Assembly: GCA_963837005.1 (NCBI GenBank)
Contig: CAWIMC010000021.1
Coordinates: 14,880-78,879, forward strand
Direction of reading: 5' to 3'
Length of the DNA stretch: 64,000 nt
From: Lewinellaceae bacterium
GTDB taxonomy: Bacteria > Bacteroidota > Bacteroidia > Chitinophagales > Saprospiraceae
In this document: positions 31,481 through 39,031 of the stretch, piece by piece
Numbering within the stretch: position 1 is the stretch's first letter
Layout: each line of letters opens with the position of its first letter
The notes under the pieces: generated by a model
The model's database searches: none
What the model saw: only the letters and a program-made list of their open reading frames with translations
Told to the model about the DNA's origin: nothing
Made by a program: the position numbers and the translations under genes

Positions 31481-32347
31481 TTACTGATACAAGGTCCCCG
31501 TATTCACCACCGGCGTGGTCTCCTTGTCGCTGCACAGTACCACCATCAGGTTCGACACCATGTGCGCGCGCTGCTCGCCGTCGAGCTCGACGACGCCGCG
31601 GGCCGAGAGACTCCGCAGCGCATCGTCGACCATCAGCACGGCGCCCTCGACGATCTTGTGGCGCGCCGCCACCACGGCCTCGGCCTGCTGGCGCTTCAGC
31701 ATCGCACTCGCGATCTCCTCGGCGTAGGCGAGGTAGCCGATGCGCGCCTCCATGACCTCGATGCCGGCGATGGCGAGGCGCTCCTGGACCTCGCGCTCGA
31801 GGTTGTGGTTGACGGTATTGACGTCGGAGCGCAGCGTGATCTCCGGTCCGTGGCCTTCGATGGGCTCGTCGAAGTTGTCGTAGGAGTAGCTCATCGCTAG
31901 CACGCGCACCGCGGCATCCGTCTGCACGCGCACGAAGTGCTCGTAGTCGTCTACCTCGAAGGCGGCCTTGTAGCTATCGGCCACGCGCCACACGAGGATC
32001 ACCGAAATCATCACGGGGTTACCGCGCAGGTCATTCACCTTCAGGCGCTCGGAGTCGAAGTTGCGCGCCCGCAAGGACACGGACTGCTTGGTGTAGAAGG
32101 GGTTGGTCCAGAAGAAGCCGTTCTCGCGCACGGTCCCGGAGTACTTCCCGAACAGCGTCATCACCTTCGAGCCGTTCGGCTGCACGATGAAGAAGCCGCT
32201 GAGGAAGAAGAAGGTCACCAGCCCGAGCAGTGCCCCGACGATCGGATTGACGGCGAAGAACACGAAGACCGTCGCCACGATCAGCGCGAGCAAGATGAGC
32301 AGACCGACGTAGCCGGAGAGGGGTGCGTAATTTTTGTCGTTGGCCAT
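31481..32347 (-). CDS. SPFH/Band-7 (stomatin/prohibitin-like) domain protein
   Basis: N-terminal TM helix, then an SPFH core (...NFDSERLKVNDLRGNPVMISVILVWRVADSYKAAFEV...) and a C-terminal coiled coil. Confidence 0.7.
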   Translation of the reverse strand: MANDKNYAPLSGYVGLLILLALIVATVFVFFAVNPIVGALLGLVTFFFLSGFFIVQPNGSKVMTLFGKYSGTVRENGFFWTNPFYTKQSVSLRARNFDSERLKVNDLRGNPVMISVILVWRVADSYKAAFEVDDYEHFVRVQTDAAVRVLAMSYSYDNFDEPIEGHGPEITLRSDVNTVNHNLEREVQERLAIAGIEVMEARIGYLAYAEEIASAMLKRQQAEAVVAARHKIVEGAVLMVDDALRSLSARGVVELDGEQRAHMVSNLMVVLCSDKETTPVVNTGTLYQ

Positions 32348-32496
32348 GACGATGTGATTTTGATGCCAAAGTAACATCATTTTATGATAGGTAGTTGGAT
32401 TTGTCGCGGTTTGCTGTTCGCGTTCCTGTGCGAGCTTTGCTAAGGTGTGCTCGAAAGCTGAACCATCAGCGTGTTTGGTGGCTTTCTCGATCTCGT

Positions 32497-33387
32497 ATGA
32501 ATCAATCTCCCCACGGGCCATTCAGTGGTGCCGTTACCTATGGTCAGGTCTCCGAGCGTGCGCAGACTATTGACCTCGGCGCTACGCCGGCTTCGATGCG
32601 GGAGGGCTTCACGCGATTGATGCTCGGTGATACCCCGGCGGTCGACACGCGGCCTGAGGTGACGCTCGGCGAGGTAGTGTGCAAGCTGTCGGGGGCGGAT
32701 GACCTCGACGACCAAGTGGGTCCGGTTTGGGTATGGTTCCACGGTGGGGGTTACGTATTTGGCTCGCCCGAAACGCATGTACGTTTGACGGGGGCTTTCG
32801 CCAAAACGAGTGGCGCGGCAGTCGTGAGTCCGCGGTATCGGCTGGCCCCGGAGCATCCGTGGCCCGCGCAACTCGAAGACGGTCTGGCAGTGGTTCAGGC
32901 TTTGCAAGCGAAGGGTTTTGACGTAAGTCTCGGCGGTGATTCGGCTGGTGGACATTTAGCGATTAACGTGGCGCTTGTTTTGGCGAAAGCTGGCAAACCA
33001 GCCATGCGACTCTGCCTCTTCAGCCCCAACACCGACCGTAGCGGCCTGAATGCGACCCGCGCCGTGCGTTCGGACATGGACCCCATCGTCGACGACACTT
33101 TCGACGCCAAGCTCGGTCGCATGACCTTCCCTGGCGTGCCAGACGACGACCCGCAGCAGAGCCCCGTGTTGGCCGACCTGAGCCTCTTGCCCCGCACCCA
33201 CATCGAGGTCGGCGAGCGCGAATTGCTCGGCGACGATGCTAAGGTGTTTTACGCTTTCGCAAAACGCGCCGGCGTTGACATCACCCTTCACGAGGAGCCG
33301 AACGCCTTTCACATGTGGCAGATCTGGACGCCGTGGCTCGAGGCGGGGACGGAGAGTATTGAGCGGGCGGTGGGTGTGCTCGGTTGA
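32497..33387 (+). CDS. Alpha/beta hydrolase (Abhydrolase_3 esterase/lipase type)
   Basis: Oxyanion motif WFHGGGYVFGS, nucleophile elbow GDSAGGHLA and a downstream His (...FHMW). Contains exact 15-mer copies at 32794 and 32978 plus a variant at 33252. Confidence 0.8.
   Translation: MNQSPHGPFSGAVTYGQVSERAQTIDLGATPASMREGFTRLMLGDTPAVDTRPEVTLGEVVCKLSGADDLDDQVGPVWVWFHGGGYVFGSPETHVRLTGAFAKTSGAAVVSPRYRLAPEHPWPAQLEDGLAVVQALQAKGFDVSLGGDSAGGHLAINVALVLAKAGKPAMRLCLFSPNTDRSGLNATRAVRSDMDPIVDDTFDAKLGRMTFPGVPDDDPQQSPVLADLSLLPRTHIEVGERELLGDDAKVFYAFAKRAGVDITLHEEPNAFHMWQIWTPWLEAGTESIERAVGVLG
32794..32807 (+). repeat. Dispersed 15-mer, exact copy
   Basis: ggctttcgccaaaa. Encodes AFAKT. Confidence 0.8.
32978..32990 (-). 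repeat. Dispersed 15-mer, exact core copy
   Basis: ttttggcgaaagc. Encodes VLAKA. Confidence 0.8.
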
Positions 33388-33716
33388 AGGTTATCAATCG
33401 GCTCCTGCTGCCACAGCAACTCCAATTTGAGGGCCGACATGCCGGCGTCGTAAAGCAGTTCGAGGGTCCCTCGGATGTTGGCGAGCAACTCGTCCAGGTC
33501 GGTCTCAGAGGTGAAGGTCGGTGACCCTTCCGCGTAGTTCGAGGTGCCGGTAACTGTGGGCTCGACGTGGAAACGGGGAGTCATAACGGTAAGCTTGACG
33601 GAGTCCTGCTTGATTGAGTATCCTAAGTTTTGGCCCGCTTCCCACTTTAGGGGACCTGTGTCGAGCAGAAATGAGCGTGGGAGGCTTTATCGGACGTAGA
33701 GTCCTACCTTGCCACC

Positions 33717-35060
33717 ATGTCTACGCGCCGCCGATTCCTCCAGTCCTCCGCCGCCCTCGCCGCCGGGACCACGCTCCTGCCCCACACCCTGTACGGTATT
33801 ACCCGGCCGCCGTCCGACAGGATACGCATTGGCGTGATCGGCGCGAAGGGGATGGGGTGGAGCAACACCAATGCTCAACTCACGTCGGATGCGAATACGG
33901 AACTAACATACCTGTGCGACATCGACGACGCCGTTTTTGCCGAAAGGCTGAAAGACTACAGCGGCCTGCGCCAGAACACTCCGAAGACCACCAAGGACTA
34001 CCGCGAGTTGCTCGCCTCAAAGGACGTCGACGTGGTCGTGGTCGGGACACCCGACCACTGGCACGCGCGCCAGTTCGTCGACGCCGTCGACGCCGGCAAG
34101 CACGTCTACGTCGAGAAGCCGATCGCCAATTCGATCGCCGAGTGCCGCGCCATGGTTGCGGCCCAAGAGCGGACCGGCAAGGTGGTGCAGGTAGGGCAGT
34201 GGCAGCGATCCGGTCTGCACTACGCCAAGGCCATGGATATCGTTAGGGGCGGCAGCCTCGGGCAAATTAGGCTCGTGAAGGTCTGGGCCTTCCAGGGCTG
34301 GATGAAGCCCGTTCCCGTGATGCCCGACGGACCTGCCCCCGCCGGGGTTGACTACGCGATGTGGCTCGGCCCCGCCGAGCAGCGCCCCTTCAACCCGAAC
34401 CGATTCCACTTCACTTTCCGGTGGTTCTGGGACTACGCCGGGGGCCTCATGACGGACTGGGGCGTCCACGAGATCGACATCGCGTTGCTCGCCATGGGCG
34501 CCTCCGCCCCAAAGAGCGTCTCCGCCGTCGGCGGGAAGTACGCCTACCCCAACGACGCCTCTGAGACGCCCGACACCCTCGTTACCACCTTCGAGTACGA
34601 GGACTTCACGATGCTCTGGGAGCACGCTACCGGCATCGACCTCGGCCCGTACGAAAGTCCGGAAGGGATTGCATTCATCGGTAACGATGCTACGCTGGTC
34701 CTCAACCGCGGCGGCTACCGCGTCATCCCGGAGCGCGACTTCGTGGGTTGGGGCAAGCAAGGTCCGCAGAAAGCCATGCCGCAGGAGGCTACCCGCCCCG
34801 ACGGGCTCGATTACGTCAAAGTGCACAACCAAAATTTCCTGGACTGCGTACGCGCCAACACACCCGACAAGTGCACCACCACCATCCAGAGCGGGGCCAT
34901 CGCGGCCGTGAATGCGCAGATGGGCAACATCGCCTACAAGACCGGCGAGAAAGTGTACTGGCAAGGCGACTGGCGGGACGGCAATTTTAAAAACAGCAAG
35001 GCCGCCAATGCTCTACTTACCCCCGGCTACCACAATGGCTGGAAAATGCCGGTAGGGTAG
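33717..35060 (+). CDS. Gfo/Idh/MocA-family NAD(P)-dependent oxidoreductase with Tat signal peptide
   Basis: MSTRRRFLQSSAALAAGTTLLP, then a Rossmann fold (IGVIGAKGMGWSN...VVVGTPDHWH) and the C-terminal GFO_IDH_MocA_C region. Confidence 0.85.
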   Translation: MSTRRRFLQSSAALAAGTTLLPHTLYGITRPPSDRIRIGVIGAKGMGWSNTNAQLTSDANTELTYLCDIDDAVFAERLKDYSGLRQNTPKTTKDYRELLASKDVDVVVVGTPDHWHARQFVDAVDAGKHVYVEKPIANSIAECRAMVAAQERTGKVVQVGQWQRSGLHYAKAMDIVRGGSLGQIRLVKVWAFQGWMKPVPVMPDGPAPAGVDYAMWLGPAEQRPFNPNRFHFTFRWFWDYAGGLMTDWGVHEIDIALLAMGASAPKSVSAVGGKYAYPNDASETPDTLVTTFEYEDFTMLWEHATGIDLGPYESPEGIAFIGNDATLVLNRGGYRVIPERDFVGWGKQGPQKAMPQEATRPDGLDYVKVHNQNFLDCVRANTPDKCTTTIQSGAIAAVNAQMGNIAYKTGEKVYWQGDWRDGNFKNSKAANALLTPGYHNGWKMPVG

Positions 35061-35224
35061 GAGCCCCCGCCGCAAAGCGCACCCCAGCCCAGGCGCAAGG
35101 GATGTCGTTGAACCGCCATACCCCGGAAGAGAAAACGTCAGGACACCACAAAATCCAAGTGCGGACACGGTTCAACGACATCCCGCCCCAAAGCCGAAAG
35201 CAAGGCCCAACCTCCCGGCTCCAG

Positions 35225-35312
35225 CTCGCGCCGTAAAGCGGTAGCGTCACCACAAGTCGCAGGCCGTCACAACGAGCGCGAAGCGCGTCACAACCAGCGG
35301 CGTAGCCGCGTC
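35225..35312 (-). repeat. Copy B of the GATGACGCGGCTRCGCCGCTGGTTGTGACGCG...GTGACGCTACCGCTTTACG repeat family, inverted relative to 29366..29525
   Basis: The reverse complement of 35225-35310 reads gatgacgcggctacgccgctggttgtgacgcgcttcgcgctcgttgtgacg...gtgacgctaccgctttacggcgcg. Confidence 0.75.
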
Positions 35313-37056
35313 ATCTCCCCACGTACACCTTTCTGCCCCCCACCCAAGTCTCCAACACCCGCGCCTCCGCAATTTCCTCTTCACCACACGTCATCAAGTC
35401 GCGATCGAGAACGATGAAGTCCGCCAACTTCCCGACACTCAAACTGCCTTTGATCCCCTCCTCAAAAGCCGCATACGCATTATTCAATGTGTAGGCCTGA
35501 ATCGCCTCGGCCCGCGTCAAGCTTTGCTCCGCGAAAAAGGCGCCCTCCCGCCCCGGCTGCTTCCGGGTAATCATGGCGTACAGACTCGCCAGTGCGCTGA
35601 CCTCCTCCACGGGCGCGTCCGTGCCATTCGTAACCACCGCGCCGCTATCCCACAGACTCCGCCACGGATAGGCGCCCGTCCGCGAGCGCTCGAGCCCAAG
35701 GCGAGCCTGCACGAACGGCGCATCGCTCGTCGCGTGCACGCCCTGCATACTGGCAATCGTACCAGTACTCGCGAATCTCGTGATGTCCGCCACGTCGATG
35801 TGCTGCGAGTGCTCATTGCGCCACCGCAACGCCGTATCCACTTGCTTCGAGTAGTCCGACACCACGTCGAGCGTGAGCCTATTGGCCCTGTCGCCGATGG
35901 CGTGGACGCAGAGCTGCATGTTTTGCCGGAAGGCCAACTCCGCGATGCACCGCACCTCCTCCTCCGAGGTCGTATTCTGTCCGCGGAAGCCTGGCTTGTC
36001 GCTGTAGTCGGCCAGCAGCCAGGCGCCGTAGCTGCCGAGGGCGCCGTCCAATTCCGTCTTGATGGCGCGTACCGTAAAGCCACTCTTGCCGATGCCAATC
36101 CAGGGCATGCCCGCGACGCTGCCGCCGCTCATCTCCTCGCAGCTTTCACGCAGCATCATCCACAGCCGTAGGTCGAGGGAGTCGGCTTCCGCCAAAACCT
36201 TTAGCGCCTCCAAATCTTCGCGCCGCGTGCCGGCGTCCTGAAAGCTCGTGATCCCTTCTCGCAGGCACGCCTGCTCTGCCAGGCGCCACGACTGCCGCTG
36301 CTCCGCCTTGCGCTGCTCCGGCGGCAGACTCGCGTAGTAGGCCTCGAGCGCGAGGTAGAGTTGCTTCGTGGCACGCTCCTCGAAGACGCCGATGGGCTCG
36401 CCGTGGGCGTTGCGGAGGATGCGACCGCCGGCGGGGTCTTCGGTCTCCGCGTTGATGCCGGCGGCTTTCATGGCGGCGGCGTTGGCCATCGCGCCGTGGC
36501 CGCTGGCGTGGGTGAGGACCACCGGATTGTTGGGGCTCACCATCGACAGCGCCTCCGTGAGCGGGTAGCCGTCGACGGTCTCAAAGGCATCGAGGTCCGT
36601 CCACTTTTCCTGGTGCCAGCCTCTGCCGTAAATCCAGTCACCCGGCTTGGCGCGACTGGCGCGCGCGGCCACGGAGTCGATAATCTCCTGCCAACTGGTC
36701 GTAGCGAGCAAGTTGAGATTGAGCAGTGAGTTACCCAAATTGCCAAAGTGCGCGTGACCTTCAATGAAGCCCGGCATCACGAAGCGGCCCTGGAGGTCGA
36801 CGGTTTCGGTGGCGGCTGTCGCCAAAACCTGCACCTCTTCATTCGTCCCGACGGCCAGGATACGATCGCCCTGTAGCGCCATCGCCTCCACCCAGGGCTG
36901 AAGCGTGTCGACGGTGTAGATACGGCCGTTGGTTAAGATCAGGGTGGCAGAACTGTCGTCGGCGTCGTTCACCGTTTTGCAGGCATGCGCCAAAACCAGC
37001 GTCACGAGCGCGAGGCAGTAGAGCAGGGGAGTAGCGAGTCTCTTCACGTGGGGCAA
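35311..37056 (-). CDS. Amidohydrolase-family metal-dependent hydrolase (Amidohydro_3 type), secreted
   Basis: Signal peptide MPHVKRLATPLLYCLALVTLVLAHA. Metal-binding FIEGHAHF, ...HAIGDRA... and C-terminal ...TNGTDAPVE... Confidence 0.8.
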   Translation of the reverse strand: MPHVKRLATPLLYCLALVTLVLAHACKTVNDADDSSATLILTNGRIYTVDTLQPWVEAMALQGDRILAVGTNEEVQVLATAATETVDLQGRFVMPGFIEGHAHFGNLGNSLLNLNLLATTSWQEIIDSVAARASRAKPGDWIYGRGWHQEKWTDLDAFETVDGYPLTEALSMVSPNNPVVLTHASGHGAMANAAAMKAAGINAETEDPAGGRILRNAHGEPIGVFEERATKQLYLALEAYYASLPPEQRKAEQRQSWRLAEQACLREGITSFQDAGTRREDLEALKVLAEADSLDLRLWMMLRESCEEMSGGSVAGMPWIGIGKSGFTVRAIKTELDGALGSYGAWLLADYSDKPGFRGQNTTSEEEVRCIAELAFRQNMQLCVHAIGDRANRLTLDVVSDYSKQVDTALRWRNEHSQHIDVADITRFASTGTIASMQGVHATSDAPFVQARLGLERSRTGAYPWRSLWDSGAVVTNGTDAPVEEVSALASLYAMITRKQPGREGAFFAEQSLTRAEAIQAYTLNNAYAAFEEGIKGSLSVGKLADFIVLDRDLMTCGEEEIAEARVLETWVGGRKVYVGR

Positions 37057-37184
37057 GCTAAGCGCGAGCCGCTGCCAAACGATAATGAGCTTGGATTTCG
37101 CTCGCGACAGCGCTTTCGTCTAAAATCTTCGTCCTGGGTGCAACCCGCGTCGCAACTTCGGGTCCTTCGACTAAAACCTACACC

Positions 37185-37877
37185 ATGCGCCTCACGCTCT
37201 TCGCCCTCCTCTCCTTCCTCTTCGCCGCCACCGCCCTCGCCCAAGACATCAGTCGTGACCTAGAGACCTTCACCGGGCTCAACGTCAACGCCGGCATCAA
37301 GACCACCGTCGTCCAAGGCAATCGCTACCACGTCGACGTGACCGGCGACGCCGAGGCCCTCAAGGAACTAAAGATCGAGGTCAAGGGCGGCACCCTCAGC
37401 CTCGGCTACGAGAGCAATGCCTGGAAGCGCACCAGCAGCCGCAAGATGAACACCGTCCGCGCCACCGTCTACGTCCCGATGCTCAAGAGCGTCATGGTCA
37501 ACGGCGGCGCCCAAATCGACAGCAAGGACACCTGGAAGGGAAGCGCAATGAAGGTCACCGGCAATGGTGGCGGCGGCGTCGACCTCAAGCTCGCCGTCGA
37601 CAAAGCCGAGATTACGGTTAACGGCGGCTCCCAACTCGAACTCAGTGGCACGGCGGGCGACGTAGAAGCGAGCGCGAATGGCGGCGGAAGGATAAGTGCC
37701 TCCAATCTCGTCGCCAAGACCGTTCGAGCCAGCGCCAATGGCGGCGGCGTCATCCGCGTCGAGGCCACAGACGCGATTACGGCCAATGCAAATGGCGGTG
37801 GACAGATCGTCTACACCGGCAGTGCGACGAAGGTCAACAAAAGCACCAACGGCGGCGGCCGCGTGAGTAAAGGCTAA
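37185..37877 (+). CDS. DUF2807 (putative autotransporter-adhesin head GIN domain) lipoprotein/secreted protein
   Basis: Signal peptide. Repeated (V/A)NGGG/NGGS beta-helix rungs (VNGGAQIDS, VNGGSQLEL, ANGGGRISA, ANGGGVIRV, ANGGGQIVY). Confidence 0.65.
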   Translation: MRLTLFALLSFLFAATALAQDISRDLETFTGLNVNAGIKTTVVQGNRYHVDVTGDAEALKELKIEVKGGTLSLGYESNAWKRTSSRKMNTVRATVYVPMLKSVMVNGGAQIDSKDTWKGSAMKVTGNGGGGVDLKLAVDKAEITVNGGSQLELSGTAGDVEASANGGGRISASNLVAKTVRASANGGGVIRVEATDAITANANGGGQIVYTGSATKVNKSTNGGGRVSKG

Positions 37878-37947
37878 GTTTTGACGCCTTTCGGCAAAAC
37901 CTTCGAGTAAAATTCTTTCTCTGCCTAAACCCTAGAGTCTCACCAAC

Positions 37948-38640
37948 ATGAAAGCCTTCCTAACCCTCGTTTTGGCGACAGCCGTCCTCGCCCTCTCCGC
38001 CCAAAATGACCTCAACCGCGAGCTAGTTGCCTTCACCTCGGTTGCTGTCAACTACGGACTCGACGTAACGGTCGTCAAAGCCGATCGCTACGCCCTCACA
38101 GTCACCGGCGACGCCGCGGCCCTCTCCGAGTTGAAAATCGAGAACAAGCCCGGCATCTTCGGTATCACCTTCGAGGACAACGCCAACCAACGGCTCTCGA
38201 GCAGCCAGCTGAAGAGCGTCAAGGTGACGGTCTACACCAAAACCCTCGAACACGTCGTCGCAAACGGCGGTGCAGAAGTCAGGAGCGCCGATACTTGGCA
38301 AGCCGATAAGTTCAAGGTTGTCATCAACGGCGGGGCCGAGCTCACCCTCGTGGTAGACACGGATAATCTCGACCTATTGGCCAACGGCGGCTCCGAAATC
38401 AACTGTAGCGGTAATGCCAAAGTCCTCAAGATCACTGCCAATGGCGGTGCCGAAGTCAACGCCGCCGACCTGCGCGCCGACGACGCTCAGGTAATGGCCA
38501 ACGGCGGCAGTGGTGTCCGCGTCCAGGCCGACCAAAGCCTCAAAGTCACCGCAAACGGCAACGCCGATATCACCTACGCTGGCAAGGCCACAAAGCTAGA
38601 CGTCCGCTCCAACGGCGGGAGCAGCATCACGCGACTATAA
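37948..38640 (+). CDS. DUF2807 paralog (tandem duplicate of 37185..37877)
   Basis: Same length (230 aa) and same rung pattern (ANGGAEVRS, INGGAELTL, ANGGSEINC, ANGGAEVNA, ANGGSGVRV). Confidence 0.65.
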   Translation: MKAFLTLVLATAVLALSAQNDLNRELVAFTSVAVNYGLDVTVVKADRYALTVTGDAAALSELKIENKPGIFGITFEDNANQRLSSSQLKSVKVTVYTKTLEHVVANGGAEVRSADTWQADKFKVVINGGAELTLVVDTDNLDLLANGGSEINCSGNAKVLKITANGGAEVNAADLRADDAQVMANGGSGVRVQADQSLKVTANGNADITYAGKATKLDVRSNGGSSITRL

Positions 38641-38721
38641 TCCCTACCCCAAAACCCTCAACCATCGACGGCTCGCGTCGGCCTCAAGGCTGACGCGAGC
38701 CGTCTTGTAGTACAGCCTCTA

Positions 38722-38808
38722 CGCTCTCCACAGTGCGTCCCCGAGAGTGTGCTCTCCACAGTGCATCCCCGAGAGTGTGCCCCCCACAGTGCGTCTCCAA
38801 CAGCAGCC
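38722..38808. repeat. Intergenic tandem repeat, about 2.5 x 32 bp (CTCCACAGTGCRTCCCCGAGAGTGTGCYC)
   Basis: Seen directly in the sequence. Confidence 0.7.
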
Positions 38809-38924
38809 CGGCGCCAGGGCGGTCGTTGGACAGGCGGGCTGCTAGCTATCTCAAGCAATTGCAACTAATCTAATTAGCCCGTCGGTTCAACGGCCCCCTG
38901 ACGCCGCTAAGGGCCCCCACAGCC

Positions 38925-38992
38925 CATCTAGGCAAAGCCGCCCACCTAGCACCGCGCCCATCTAGGCAAAGCCGCCCATCTAGCGCAGCGCC
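38925..38992. repeat. Intergenic tandem repeat, 2 x about 34 bp (CCCATCTAGGCAAAGCCGCCCAYCTAGC)
   Basis: Seen directly in the sequence. Confidence 0.7.
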
Positions 38993-39031
38993 CTTGCTTT
39001 ATATCTTGCCCCCCTCATCCATCCCCCCTGC

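Noticed and set aside
33309-33584. 91-aa ORF antisense/overlapping the hydrolase 3' end (MTPRFHVEPTVTGTSNYAEG...)
   Set aside because: No recognisable domain. It overlaps 80 bp of the alpha/beta hydrolase gene and is too uncertain to call.
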